Shown: in pieces, positions 35,677 through 45,657 of the stretch | Layout: each line of letters begins with the position of its first letter | Numbering within the stretch: position 1 is the first letter of the stretch | Origin: Patescibacteria group bacterium | GTDB lineage: Bacteria; Patescibacteriota; Minisyncoccia; Phycocordibacterales; UBA918 | DNA length: 64,000 nt | Assembly (NCBI GenBank): GCA_019752815.1 | Contig: JAIELQ010000007.1 | Span: 115,728 to 179,727, forward strand | Direction of reading: 5' to 3' | The notes under the pieces: generated by a model | What the model saw: the letters and a program-made list of their open reading frames with translations, nothing else | What the model was told of the DNA's origin: nothing | Database searches by the model: none | Program-made: the position numbers and the translations under genes

Positions 35677-36921
35677 ATGGCCAAACCAGTCACATTTAAA
35701 ATTGAAGCCAAGGGCAAAGGCAACCTCGCGCGCGCTGGGGTCATTTCTACGCCTCACGGAGACATCCAAACTCCAGCTTTTGTAGTAGTTGGAACCAAAG
35801 CGAGCGTCAAGAGTCTCATGCCCGAAGATTTAGCCCAGTACGTCGGTAATCAAGTCACGCTCGCTAACACCTACCACTTATTTCTCCAACCCGGACATGA
35901 GGTAATTAAGGAAGCGGGTGGCCTCCATAAATTTGCCAATTGGCAAATGCCAACCATGACTGATTCAGGCGGGTTTCAGGTATTTAGTCTCGGTGCTGCC
36001 TTTGGTAAGGGGGTAACTAAATTTGCGACCGGTGAAGCTGATGGTGACACCGGCGTACCATCCCGTGCCAGTTTAAATGTGTACAGTCAAAAATTTGCCG
36101 CTGATCACGGGAAACTCTGCATTATTGATGAAGACGGCGTAACCTTCACCTCACACCTTGATGGATCAATGCATCGCTTTACCGCTGAACGTTCCATTGA
36201 TATCCAACACGCTATTGGAGCCGATATTATCATTGCCTTTGATGAGTGTACCAGTCCCACTGCGGATAAAGACTATCAAAAAGAAGCCATGGACCGCACC
36301 CACCGTTGGGCCAAACGCAGTGTAATGGCCCACAAGCAAAACTACGATGCCTTAAAGAAACAAGGTCTTTATGGTGTGGTGCAAGGAGGGCAGTTCCTCG
36401 ACCTGCGGCAAGAATCAGCCCGTGTACTATCTGACATGGATTTTGATGGGTTTGGTATCGGCGGTAGTTTCTCCAAAGACGATTTGGGAGATAGCTTGCG
36501 CGTAGTAAATGAAATTTTACCTGAGGACAAACCCCGACACCTTCTCGGTATCGGTGAACCCGAAGACATCGTGCAGGGGGTACTCATGGGCTGCGATACC
36601 TTTGACTGCGTCGCTGCCACCCGCATCGGCCGCACCGGCACCATTTATGTGATGACCGGCGCCATGAAAACTACTCCCTGTGGCACCTTTACCTACCCTG
36701 AAACCAAAAAAATCAGCGTCACCAACGCCAAATACAAAACCGACCACAGTCTGATTGATCCATTAAGTACCGGTTACGTAGCTCAAACCTATACCAAGGC
36801 ATATTTGTCACACCTCTTCCGCGCCGGTGAAATCCTCGGCCCCCACCTAGCCTCCATCCATAACCTAAACTTCATAGTAAACTTCACCAAAAATTTACGC
36901 GAGCAGTTATTAAGAGTATAA
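35677..36921 (+). CDS. tgt: Queuine tRNA-ribosyltransferase
   Basis: Zn-binding/catalytic region GCDTFDCVAATRIGRTG. TGT-family pattern through GGFQVFSLG .. DECTSP .. GIGEPEDI. Confidence 0.8.
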   Translation: MAKPVTFKIEAKGKGNLARAGVISTPHGDIQTPAFVVVGTKASVKSLMPEDLAQYVGNQVTLANTYHLFLQPGHEVIKEAGGLHKFANWQMPTMTDSGGFQVFSLGAAFGKGVTKFATGEADGDTGVPSRASLNVYSQKFAADHGKLCIIDEDGVTFTSHLDGSMHRFTAERSIDIQHAIGADIIIAFDECTSPTADKDYQKEAMDRTHRWAKRSVMAHKQNYDALKKQGLYGVVQGGQFLDLRQESARVLSDMDFDGFGIGGSFSKDDLGDSLRVVNEILPEDKPRHLLGIGEPEDIVQGVLMGCDTFDCVAATRIGRTGTIYVMTGAMKTTPCGTFTYPETKKISVTNAKYKTDHSLIDPLSTGYVAQTYTKAYLSHLFRAGEILGPHLASIHNLNFIVNFTKNLREQLLRV

Positions 36922-36928
36922 TGACTGT

Positions 36929-37171
36929 ATGAATACTTCTGAACGTAAGTTAATTGATTTGACAGTGGAGCTTGTTGAAAAACAACTTAACTCATTTGAC
37001 GATATTATTGATGCTAACAAGAAATTAAGAGCCATAGCTCAAAATAATACTGAAAATAAAAATTACGAAGAAGTTTTAGATTTGCTGGCAAAAGGAATCA
37101 GCTCTTGGTTAGATGAAACCTCAAATTTTGTAAATGCACGTGCAAAACTGTATGAGGATGAGAAAAACTAA
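36929..37171 (+). CDS. Small hypothetical protein (80 aa)
   Basis: ORF only. Confidence 0.35.
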   Translation: MNTSERKLIDLTVELVEKQLNSFDDIIDANKKLRAIAQNNTENKNYEEVLDLLAKGISSWLDETSNFVNARAKLYEDEKN

Positions 37172-37173
37172 AT

Positions 37174-37491
37174 ATGAAAGACAATCCACAAATTATTTTA
37201 GCTGATTATGATAAAAAGTACTCTAGTCTTAAATCAATCAACTCACAATCAAAAAAGTATAATCCAAATGAGCATAAAGATAGAACTCGTGCAGACATAG
37301 CGCTACATGTGGTCAAATGGTATTTCTACTTAATTGGAGGCGTGCTTTTTTTGGGACCAATTTTTAACCATGTTGCTAAACCTGAAGCTTTTTTGGATAT
37401 AGCCAATATCATAACCGTTCTTGCTGGCATGATCAGTGCTCCGTTTGGTTTTGTAGTTGGATATTATTTTAAAGATTCTGAAAAAAATTAA
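37174..37491 (+). CDS. Small hypothetical membrane protein (105 aa)
   Basis: Two hydrophobic helices (WYFYLIGGVLFLGPIF, ITVLAGMISAPFGFVVGYYF). Confidence 0.4.
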   Translation: MKDNPQIILADYDKKYSSLKSINSQSKKYNPNEHKDRTRADIALHVVKWYFYLIGGVLFLGPIFNHVAKPEAFLDIANIITVLAGMISAPFGFVVGYYFKDSEKN

Positions 37492-37493
37492 TT

Positions 37494-39635
37494 GTGAAAT
37501 TCGAAATTTCTACAGACAAAACACCAGCGGGGGATCAGCCTAAGGCTATTGAACAACTGGTGGCGGGGGTGCGGGCTGGGAAAAAACACCAGACTCTTTT
37601 AGGTGTGACTGGGTCAGGCAAGACATTTACTGGGGCCAACGTCATTGTCCAAATCCAAAAACCAACCCTGGTGATTGCTCACAACAAGACCCTCGCTGCT
37701 CAGTTGGCGCAGGAATACCGTGATTTCTTCCCAAACAATGCGGTGCATTACTTTGTATCGTATTACGACTACTACCAACCGGAAGCGTATATGCCAACGT
37801 CTGACACCTTTATTGAAAAGGAATCACAAGTAAACGAAGAAATTGACCGTCTCCGTCACGCTTCAACTCAGGCACTCCTAACCCGACAAGATGTAATCAT
37901 CGTGGCCTCTGTGTCCTGTATATACGGTTTGGGTTCACCAGCACAGTATCTTAAAAAACACCTGCAAATTAAACGTGGGTTTGAAACGACGCGGACTGAA
38001 TTACTGCGTATCTTGATAGATATGTACTTTGAACGTACCAATGCCGATTTACTTCCTGGACATTTCCGTGCAGTAGGAAATACGGTGGAAATCATGCCAA
38101 CAAACGAACGGATGATCTACCGTCTCGGGTTTTCAGGTAATACCGTTTCTTCTATCACAAAAATCGACGGTGTGAGTCGTTCAATAATTGATGAACCAGA
38201 AGTCTTTTTCTTGTTTCCAGCCAAACACTTTGTGACACCTGAAGACGAACGCAAGGTAGCAATTCAGGAAATCCAACTTGACCTCGATGAGCAACTAAAA
38301 AAATTCAAAAAAGAAGGGAAGTTACTTGAAGCTGAACGATTACGTCGTCGCACCAACCACGATCTCGCAATGATGCGTGAGATTGGATATTGTAACGGGA
38401 TTGAAAACTACTCTCGGCATTTTGATAGACGAAAACCAGGTGAAGCACCCTATACGCTGTTGTCATACTTTCCACATAAAGAAGACGGTACGCCAGACTT
38501 TCTCACGATCATTGACGAATCTCACGTTACGCTACCGCAACTAAACGGTATGTATGCGGGTGACCGCAGTCGTAAAGATACGTTGGTGGAATTCGGGTTC
38601 CGGTTGCCTTCAGCTGTAGATAACCGCCCACTTAAATATGCCGAGTTTGACGAGCGAATTGGTCAACGTATCTATACTTCAGCAACACCCGGCCGTTTAG
38701 AATACGAGCTCTGTTGCCCAATGGCCTGTCCACCAATCCAAAAGGCGGGGGAAGTGAAGTCTTTGCGTTCTGATTGGGTAAAAGGTTTTGATTTGAAGGT
38801 CTGTCTCGAACAGGGAAATGTAGTTGAGCAAATTATTCGTCCGACCGGTTTGATTGATCCTGAAATTGATTTGCGCAAGGTAAACCAAATCGGTGACTAT
38901 CCCGGGCAAATCAAGGACTTTATCGCCGAAGCCGAACGCGTGATTAAAGGCGGCGGACGAGTACTCACCACCACTCTCACCAAAAAAATGGCCGAGGACC
39001 TCGCCGAATTTTTGACTGAGAAAAAAATCAATACTAAATACATCCACAGTGATATAAAAACAATTGAACGAATCGAAATCCTTACTGATTTTCGCAAGGG
39101 AAAGTTCGATTGTTTGGTGGGAGTGAACTTGCTCCGTGAAGGACTCGACCTGCCTGAGGTAGAACTAGTGGCCATTTTAGATGCCGACAAAGCCGGCTTC
39201 CTCCGCAGTGAAACTGCTCTTATTCAAACTATTGGTCGCGCCGCTCGTAACGTACTGGGTCGGGTGATTTTGTATGCTGACGAAATGACTGATGCCCTAA
39301 CCTACGCGATTAACGAAACCAATCGCCGTCGCGCAATTCAAGTGGCCTACAATACGAAACATGGCATAACCCCCACCACCATTGCCAAGGAAATTAAGTC
39401 CATCACCGACCAAATGCGTACCGAACACGATGAAACAGTCGAGACGCTACTTAGAGTAGATGTTGAATTGTTCAAACGTAACCCCGCCAAGGTATTAAAG
39501 GAAAAACGTCAGCAGATGGAGGACGCAGTAGCGATTCTTGATTTTGAAACCGCTGCTATCATTCGCGATGAAATCGCCTATTTTGAAGAACAAGCCGGGG
39601 GTACAAAGATCAAGAAAAAGAAAGGATTATTCTAG
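37494..39635 (+). CDS. uvrB: Excinuclease ABC subunit B
   Basis: Walker A GVTGSGKTFT, helicase motifs DESH, C-terminal UVR domain AAIIRDEIAYFEEQ. Confidence 0.9.
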   Translation: MKFEISTDKTPAGDQPKAIEQLVAGVRAGKKHQTLLGVTGSGKTFTGANVIVQIQKPTLVIAHNKTLAAQLAQEYRDFFPNNAVHYFVSYYDYYQPEAYMPTSDTFIEKESQVNEEIDRLRHASTQALLTRQDVIIVASVSCIYGLGSPAQYLKKHLQIKRGFETTRTELLRILIDMYFERTNADLLPGHFRAVGNTVEIMPTNERMIYRLGFSGNTVSSITKIDGVSRSIIDEPEVFFLFPAKHFVTPEDERKVAIQEIQLDLDEQLKKFKKEGKLLEAERLRRRTNHDLAMMREIGYCNGIENYSRHFDRRKPGEAPYTLLSYFPHKEDGTPDFLTIIDESHVTLPQLNGMYAGDRSRKDTLVEFGFRLPSAVDNRPLKYAEFDERIGQRIYTSATPGRLEYELCCPMACPPIQKAGEVKSLRSDWVKGFDLKVCLEQGNVVEQIIRPTGLIDPEIDLRKVNQIGDYPGQIKDFIAEAERVIKGGGRVLTTTLTKKMAEDLAEFLTEKKINTKYIHSDIKTIERIEILTDFRKGKFDCLVGVNLLREGLDLPEVELVAILDADKAGFLRSETALIQTIGRAARNVLGRVILYADEMTDALTYAINETNRRRAIQVAYNTKHGITPTTIAKEIKSITDQMRTEHDETVETLLRVDVELFKRNPAKVLKEKRQQMEDAVAILDFETAAIIRDEIAYFEEQAGGTKIKKKKGLF

Positions 39636-39651
39636 TTATCAAATTTTATGT

Positions 39652-39966
39652 ATGACATGCCAATACACACTACACTTTTCAGAAAACGGTAAAGTATGGT
39701 TTAGATGTCATGGAATCGATGTAAAGCAGCTAAAAGATGAGTTCTTTGCACTAGGTCATAAATATAATTTTGCTTACATCACAAAATTCAATGATGACAA
39801 AATCTTACATAAGTTTGATGCTGAAGGTAACCGATTTTCAAACACGTTAAGAAAAAAACGGAAAAATAATCCTGATTCATATAGTCATCCTATCGGAAAA
39901 GATTCTTCCGGAAAAATGCATTTTAGAACAAAAATGAGAATTGCTCCAAAAAAGAAGTTAAGGTGA
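39652..39966 (+). CDS. Small hypothetical basic protein
   Basis: ORF only. Start moved to the internal Met, because the listed 39538 start overlaps uvrB by 98 nt. Confidence 0.3.
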   Translation: MTCQYTLHFSENGKVWFRCHGIDVKQLKDEFFALGHKYNFAYITKFNDDKILHKFDAEGNRFSNTLRKKRKNNPDSYSHPIGKDSSGKMHFRTKMRIAPKKKLR

Positions 39967-40033
39967 ATATCTCTAAATTATCAGCAAGATATATAAGTAT
40001 GAAGTTCAAATCAATAATGATAATATTGTAAAT

Positions 40034-40210
40034 ATGGAAACGACAACAGTGATGTTTTGGGCATTTGTATTAGTTCTTGGGCTCACCTTGTTATCATCAT
40101 TTTCAGACTCAGGTAAAAGTGCATCAAAAGGTTGTGCTAAAGATGATTTTGAATGTCAGTACTATAACAATGAATTGGATCAACGTGATCCACAAGTTTG
40201 GGGAAGGTAA
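40034..40210 (+). CDS. Possible 58-aa small membrane protein (below the ORF-track cutoff)
   Basis: METTTVMFWAFVLVLGLTLLSSFSDSGKSASKGCAKDDFECQYYNNELDQRDPQVWGR. One TM. Confidence 0.25.
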   Translation: METTTVMFWAFVLVLGLTLLSSFSDSGKSASKGCAKDDFECQYYNNELDQRDPQVWGR

Positions 40211-40299
40211 TCTTGAAACTTCCTGAATATTATATCCTCTGTTATAATTATCACTACCAACCACCAGCGACATCTGGTGGCGTAACTATGTTATAGACT

Positions 40300-42954
40300 A
40301 TGGCAAAAATCCCCGAAAAAAAGTTAAATACTGATAAAACGCAAGCTAAAACCTCTGAACGGGAGAACAAGATTATTGTGCGTGGTGCGCGAACCCACAA
40401 CCTCAAAAACATCACGGTTGAAATGCCGCGGGGGAAAATGATTGCCATTACCGGACCATCTGGGTCTGGCAAGTCGTCGCTCGCGTTTGATACTATTTTT
40501 GCTGAGGGGCAACGACGCTATGTTGAATCACTCTCACCCTATGCGCGCCAATTTCTTAATAAAATGCAGAAACCAGACGTGGACGAAATTAGTGGTCTCT
40601 CACCAGCCATTTCGATTGACCAAAAATCTGCCTCCCGTAACCCACGTTCAACGGTAGCTACTATCACCGAAATCTACGACTATCTCCGTATTTTATATGC
40701 TCGGGTTGGTCAGCCATACTGTCTCGATATCGACATCCCCATTCAAAAGCTCTCCCAAGATGAAATTCTCGGCATTATCCTAAAATCAATCGAGAGTAAA
40801 GAGGTAGTAGCCGCTACCAAAAAAGAATCAGAAAAAGTTCTTGGCATCCAGGTGAGCAAGGGCCGCGTATCAATCTTTGCCCCAGTGGTAGTAGGACGAA
40901 AAGGCGAATACTACCAATTACTCTATGACCTACTCGGTAAAGGGTTCGAAACCGTTAAAATTGACGGTGAGATTAAACAGCTCCGTGAAAAAATTGTACT
41001 CACCAAAACTAAACGTCATGATATCGACGTCTTGGTGGATGAAATCTACGTTTCTGAATTTACCGACGACCCCAAAGGTTCACATGAACGATTATCTGAA
41101 GCAGTGGAAGTCGCTCTGTCAGTTGCCGGTGGGTTGGTTAAAATCGAAAGTCCGGGCGGGGAAGTCCGCACGCTGTCCGCTAAATTTATCTGTCCGGTAG
41201 ATGGCTCATCATTTCCTGAGGTTGAACCACGGTTATTTTCTTTTAACTCTCCGTATGGTGCTTGTCCTGAATGTAATGGTCTTGGGGTGGTGGGTATTTT
41301 CCAATCAGACACCTGTCCGGTATGTACGGGTGCGCGGTTACGCCCAGAGGCACTACGAGTGTACTTAGGTGGAGATGGGAAAAAGGACCTCGGTATCAAT
41401 ATTGTCGGCTTTACTGCTATGACGGTAAAAGACGCCACCAAGTTTATTGATGAACTACAACTGAGTCCAAAACAACACGAAATCGCCTGGCCGGCGTTGC
41501 GCGAGATTATTGATCGCTTGGAATTTATGAATAACGTCGGTATTGAATACCTGACGCTTGATCGCCGAGCCAACACCCTCTCGGGTGGCGAGGCCCAACG
41601 TATTCGTCTGGCGTCACAACTAGGTTCGGGACTTGTGGGAGCACTCTATGTGCTTGATGAACCAACCATTGGTCTCCATCAACGTGATAACGACCGTTTG
41701 ATTGGAACCCTCTCTGAACTACGTGATTTAGGCAATACTATAATTGTCGTTGAGCATGATGAAGACACAATTTACGCGGCTGACTATTTGGTAGATATTG
41801 GACCGGGAGCTGGAATCCACGGTGGTAATGTAGTGGTCTCAGGGTACCTGGAGGAACTATTGTCCGCCAAAACGAATCCGTCTGGATCAGTAACCCTTGA
41901 TTACCTGCGTGGTACCAAGAAAATTGCCGTGCCTGAACGACGTACCGGTGAAAAGGGTCATATCCGTATCAAAGGAGGTAAAGCCTTTAACATCAAAAAC
42001 CTCAACGTCGATATTCCTTTAGGTCGTTTGATTTGTATCACTGGTGTATCTGGTTCTGGTAAATCTACCTTCATGTATGAAATTGTTGACCGTAATCTTA
42101 AGGGGCGGTTAGAGAAAAAATTCCGCACCGCCAAAACCTACAACTGTGCTGAGTTCACGGGTACCGAATATCTCGGTCGTTCAATTCTGATTGATCAGTC
42201 ACCAATCGGCAGAACTCCGCGCAGTAACCCCGCAACGTACACCGGGGCCTTCTCTCATATTCGTGACATGTTCGCCAATAGTAGTGAAGCCAAAGCCCGC
42301 GGGTGGAAACCAGGCCGGTTTTCTTTTAACGTCAAAGGAGGTCGGTGTGAAGCCTGTCAGGGGAACGGCGTGATTGCGGTCGAAATGCACTTCTTACCAA
42401 CGGTGTTTGTGGAGTGTGATGTCTGTGAGGGTAAACGCTTCACCAAAGAAACCCTTGAGGTCACCTACCGCAAAAAGAATATCCATGAAGTACTTGAAAT
42501 GACAATCGAAGAAGCATTTGTTTTCTTTAAAGACGTACCTGCCATCGAAGAACGTCTCAAATCACTTCTTGATGTAGGTCTCTCGTATCTCAAATTGGGA
42601 CAAAGTGCTACTACCTTGTCAGGTGGAGAGGCCCAGCGGGTTAAAATTGCGTCAGAGTTGTACCGTCCACACACGCAAAAAACTATCTACCTCCTTGATG
42701 AACCGACGATCGGTCTACACTACGAAGACGTTAAAAAACTGATTGAAATTCTGCAAGAGTTAGTTAATCAGGGTAACACCGTGATGGTAATTGAACACAG
42801 TCTCGATGTGATTAAATCAGCTGACTACGTAATTGATATCGGCCCCGAGGGTGGAGCCGGTGGTGGAACAATCGTCGCCAAAGGCACTCCCGAGGAAGTG
42901 GCCGAGAATCCCAAGTCTCACACTGGGAAGTATCTTAAAATGCATTTGTGGTAA
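40300..42954 (+). CDS. uvrA: Excinuclease ABC subunit A
   Basis: Two ABC modules (GPSGSGKSS / [17 protein letters not shown] x2). Zn-finger cysteines [14 protein letters not shown] and CEAC..C. Confidence 0.9.
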   Translation: MAKIPEKKLNTDKTQAKTSERENKIIVRGARTHNLKNITVEMPRGKMIAITGPSGSGKSSLAFDTIFAEGQRRYVESLSPYARQFLNKMQKPDVDEISGLSPAISIDQKSASRNPRSTVATITEIYDYLRILYARVGQPYCLDIDIPIQKLSQDEILGIILKSIESKEVVAATKKESEKVLGIQVSKGRVSIFAPVVVGRKGEYYQLLYDLLGKGFETVKIDGEIKQLREKIVLTKTKRHDIDVLVDEIYVSEFTDDPKGSHERLSEAVEVALSVAGGLVKIESPGGEVRTLSAKFICPVDGSSFPEVEPRLFSFNSPYGACPECNGLGVVGIFQSDTCPVCTGARLRPEALRVYLGGDGKKDLGINIVGFTAMTVKDATKFIDELQLSPKQHEIAWPALREIIDRLEFMNNVGIEYLTLDRRANTLSGGEAQRIRLASQLGSGLVGALYVLDEPTIGLHQRDNDRLIGTLSELRDLGNTIIVVEHDEDTIYAADYLVDIGPGAGIHGGNVVVSGYLEELLSAKTNPSGSVTLDYLRGTKKIAVPERRTGEKGHIRIKGGKAFNIKNLNVDIPLGRLICITGVSGSGKSTFMYEIVDRNLKGRLEKKFRTAKTYNCAEFTGTEYLGRSILIDQSPIGRTPRSNPATYTGAFSHIRDMFANSSEAKARGWKPGRFSFNVKGGRCEACQGNGVIAVEMHFLPTVFVECDVCEGKRFTKETLEVTYRKKNIHEVLEMTIEEAFVFFKDVPAIEERLKSLLDVGLSYLKLGQSATTLSGGEAQRVKIASELYRPHTQKTIYLLDEPTIGLHYEDVKKLIEILQELVNQGNTVMVIEHSLDVIKSADYVIDIGPEGGAGGGTIVAKGTPEEVAENPKSHTGKYLKMHLW

Positions 42955-42958
42955 AAAA

Positions 42959-42986
42959 TCAGCAGGCGCGAGCCTGCTGATTGCGT
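42959..42986. terminator. Hairpin between convergent genes
   Basis: CAGCAGGC-GCGA-GCCTGCTG. Confidence 0.45.
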
Positions 42987-43306
42987 TAAATGTTCTTTAT
43001 GTATTGGTCGCAGAATTTTACGTATGAGGAATACGCCTCTTGGGTATGTAGTAGGGAATTCCAGCGTGGGTCAGTTACACCGCATGCATAATACTCGGGG
43101 AGCGTGTCGTCATGAACCGGTGGTTCACCATACACTGCCTGAAATATCATCAGCCATACGACGCTATCGTGCGCACGGTTGTAGTTTTCATCAAGGGTTC
43201 TTTTCCTAAAGTCTTGAGTTGCGTGCATTGCTGCAAAGACAGGAAAAAAATTTTCATCAGCTTGGTCGCTTGAGATCCTAGATTCTTTCATCGGTCTGTC
43301 CTTCAT
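42986..43306 (-). CDS. Hypothetical protein
   Basis: 106-aa ORF, no motifs. Confidence 0.35.
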   Translation of the reverse strand: MKDRPMKESRISSDQADENFFPVFAAMHATQDFRKRTLDENYNRAHDSVVWLMIFQAVYGEPPVHDDTLPEYYACGVTDPRWNSLLHTQEAYSSYVKFCDQYIKNI

Positions 43307-43449
43307 CAGAGCTTTCTAAAAAATAATGGTAACATAATTTTAATTATTTTTTACTACCCACAGATTTGGGGATCAAGTGTTGTGAACTTGCACCACACAT
43401 TGCAAAGGTGTAAGGTACAGATTAGAACAGTAGCAGCGAGGGAAAGAAA

Positions 43450-43740
43450 ATGAAAGTTCATCGACCATCTCTGGGACGACCTACACGCGGACTCACATTG
43501 TCTCAACTGTACGCTCGGCCTGGTAAAGGTAATTCACTCACCTGTTTCGCGGTATTTGCTCTGTATGACTGGCGTGAAAATATTCCACCCATACCAAGCA
43601 AAATGAGTCGTGGTGACAGGCGCGAACTGATCTTTCATCTGGCTAGGTGTGTTCACCTCGATGTGCTCGATATGATGGCCGTGATCCTGCTCAAGTTGCG
43701 TGAAGAGCGAGCAAAGGACGCCAAAAGACGCACTGCATAA
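43450..43740 (+). CDS. Hypothetical basic protein
   Basis: 96-aa ORF, no motifs. Confidence 0.3.
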   Translation: MKVHRPSLGRPTRGLTLSQLYARPGKGNSLTCFAVFALYDWRENIPPIPSKMSRGDRRELIFHLARCVHLDVLDMMAVILLKLREERAKDAKRRTA

Positions 43741-43808
43741 CACACAGCCGCCCCGTCATGATTCGCTGGGGCGGTTTCTACATTTTATGCTACAGTTGGT
43801 ACGCCAAT

Positions 43809-45044
43809 ATGGAAAAGGAAAAACTTTCAAAACTTAAACTACCAGACGCACCCGGAGTGTATTTCTTTTTGGGTGCTCGTAAGGAAATTTTATATATCGG
43901 AAAAGCCACCTCACTACGAAGTCGTGTACGGAGTTATTTTGCAAATGATATTGTTGAAAAACGTTCACCACTTATCGAGCAAATGGTGGCACTCGCCAAA
44001 ACGGTTGAACACACCGTGACCGACAGTGTGCTCGAGGCCCTGATTCTCGAAACTAATCTCATTCGTAGTCACAAGCCAAAATACAACACCAAGAGCAAAG
44101 ACGACAAATCATATAATCACCTGATTATTACCAACGAAGAGTGGCCACGAGTCTTGGTAGTACGGGGTAAAGACTTAACCGAAAAATACAGTAGTGAAGA
44201 AATCAAATACCATTTTGGACCATTTCCCTCTGGCTCACTATTCCGTGAAGCCATCAAAATCGTCCGTAAACTCTTCCAATTTTACGACACCAAAGAGGCG
44301 GTAGATGCGCCGTTATCAAAATTTGCGCGCGGTAAAATTGACTTCAATCGTCAAATTGGTCTGTATCCTGATCAGCAAAACCGGGCTGAATATTTGCGTA
44401 CCATCCGTCACATCAAACTATTTTTTGAAGGTAAAAAGCATAAAATTCTCGCTGAACTAGAGCGTGAGATGATGAAACATGCAAAACTCGAACAGTTTGA
44501 AGAAGCTGGTCGACTCAAAAAGAAAATCTTTGCTCTTAATCATATTCAAGACATAGCTCTGATCAAAACTGAACATCACGTCTACCGTGACGAAAAATCA
44601 GTCCGCATCGAAGCCTACGACATTGCCCATATGGCTGGTAAAGACATGGTGGGAGTAATGACGGTCGTTGAAAGCGGGGAAGCGAATAAAAACGAATACC
44701 GCAAATTTAAAATCAAAACCTTAACTGATGCGAATGACCCGGCCGCCTTGCGCGAGGTCTTGCGTCGTCGTCTCGAACACACCGAATGGCCCTATCCGCA
44801 GATAATTGTAGCTGACGGTAACATTATTCAAAAAAACGCTATCGAAGGCGTGCTCAAAGAATTTAATATGTCGATTCCCGTAGTAGCGGTAGTAAAAGAC
44901 GAACGCCACAAAGCCAGCCGTCTGATGGGTCCAGAAATGCTCCTCAAACAACACAAACTCGAAGTCCTTCTCGCCAACTCCGAGGCCCACCGTTTCGCTA
45001 TCAACTACTTCCGTAAAGCCCAACGAACCAGGGCTCTCCAGTAA
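43809..45044 (+). CDS. uvrC: Excinuclease ABC subunit C, short form (GIY-YIG + UVR + RNaseH-like domains; no C-terminal HhH)
   Basis: GIY-YIG motif GVYFFLGARKEILYIGKATSLRSRVRSY. UVR-like helix EQFEEAGRLKKKIFAL. ~410 aa, against ~600 for canonical UvrC. Start chosen at MEKEKLSKL. Confidence 0.7.
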   Translation: MEKEKLSKLKLPDAPGVYFFLGARKEILYIGKATSLRSRVRSYFANDIVEKRSPLIEQMVALAKTVEHTVTDSVLEALILETNLIRSHKPKYNTKSKDDKSYNHLIITNEEWPRVLVVRGKDLTEKYSSEEIKYHFGPFPSGSLFREAIKIVRKLFQFYDTKEAVDAPLSKFARGKIDFNRQIGLYPDQQNRAEYLRTIRHIKLFFEGKKHKILAELEREMMKHAKLEQFEEAGRLKKKIFALNHIQDIALIKTEHHVYRDEKSVRIEAYDIAHMAGKDMVGVMTVVESGEANKNEYRKFKIKTLTDANDPAALREVLRRRLEHTEWPYPQIIVADGNIIQKNAIEGVLKEFNMSIPVVAVVKDERHKASRLMGPEMLLKQHKLEVLLANSEAHRFAINYFRKAQRTRALQ

Positions 45045-45062
45045 ACGACGGTAGTGAATATT

Positions 45063-45091
45063 ATTGACAAAACATAATTTATGTAATATAA
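45063..45091 (+). promoter_or_regulatory. Consensus sigma-70-type promoter
   Basis: TTGACA (45063-45068), 17-nt spacer, TATAAT (45086-45091). Confidence 0.6.
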
Positions 45092-45158
45092 TAGAAATGA
45101 TGCTAATTGCGTCCCTATGGGTATAAACCCGTAGGTCACTCCTAATTGGAGAAGTCGA

Positions 45159-45515
45159 ATGTACACGTTGAAAATCCCGGCGTCCCAGCTGCAAGCCATC
45201 CGCGAAACCGACAGGATGGTGTCTGAGGTAGTGAGACGGACAGGTGAAGATCTGTCCCCGCTCTTGCATGTTTCGGTTTCAATTGGTGTCTTGACTTCTG
45301 CCTTTGGTACTCCTTGTTGTATCATAAAAACATCAGGGGCGGTAGCCACCGGCAGAGTTCTCATTGATACCAAATCGGTAATCGAATTGAAAAAAGAGCA
45401 TGAAATCTGGTTGCCGTTAAATGGAAACCTGCTGCTTGGCAATGAACATTTCACCTTTAGCTACAGAGGGGATGTGATGTACATGATTCGTACCTTGGAG
45501 CAATTCCCCAGCTAG
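45159..45515 (+). CDS. Hypothetical 118-aa protein (stand-alone transcription unit)
   Basis: Bracketed by the consensus promoter and by terminator GCCGCCTTCA-TCAT-TGAAGGCGGC+TTGTTTTTT (45538-45574). The leader contains hairpins, one covering the GGAG Shine-Dalgarno. Confidence 0.5.
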   Translation: MYTLKIPASQLQAIRETDRMVSEVVRRTGEDLSPLLHVSVSIGVLTSAFGTPCCIIKTSGAVATGRVLIDTKSVIELKKEHEIWLPLNGNLLLGNEHFTFSYRGDVMYMIRTLEQFPS

Positions 45516-45537
45516 CAAGGGATATAAAGATATAAGA

Positions 45538-45574
45538 GGGCCGCCTTCATCATTGAAGGCGGCTTGTTTTTTAT
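45538..45574 (+). terminator. Rho-independent terminator
   Basis: GCCGCCTTCA-TCAT-TGAAGGCGGC followed by TTGTTTTTTAT. Confidence 0.7.
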
Positions 45575-45657
45575 ATACTCTAAATTGTGTACAACTATTG
45601 ATATGCACCGGTTTAAAACTTATAACAATCTCATTGGTACTATGATAAAATTGAGAC

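Noticed and set aside
35677-36921. Possibility that the 414-aa tgt is an archaeal-type tRNA-guanine transglycosylase
   Set aside because: The zinc site and overall colinearity match bacterial QTRT-type Tgt, and no PUA domain is present.
39538-39651. 5' extension of ORF 39538..39966 overlapping uvrB
   Set aside because: A 98-nt overlap with a highly conserved gene is unlikely. An internal Met at 39652 was used, and even that ORF is low confidence.
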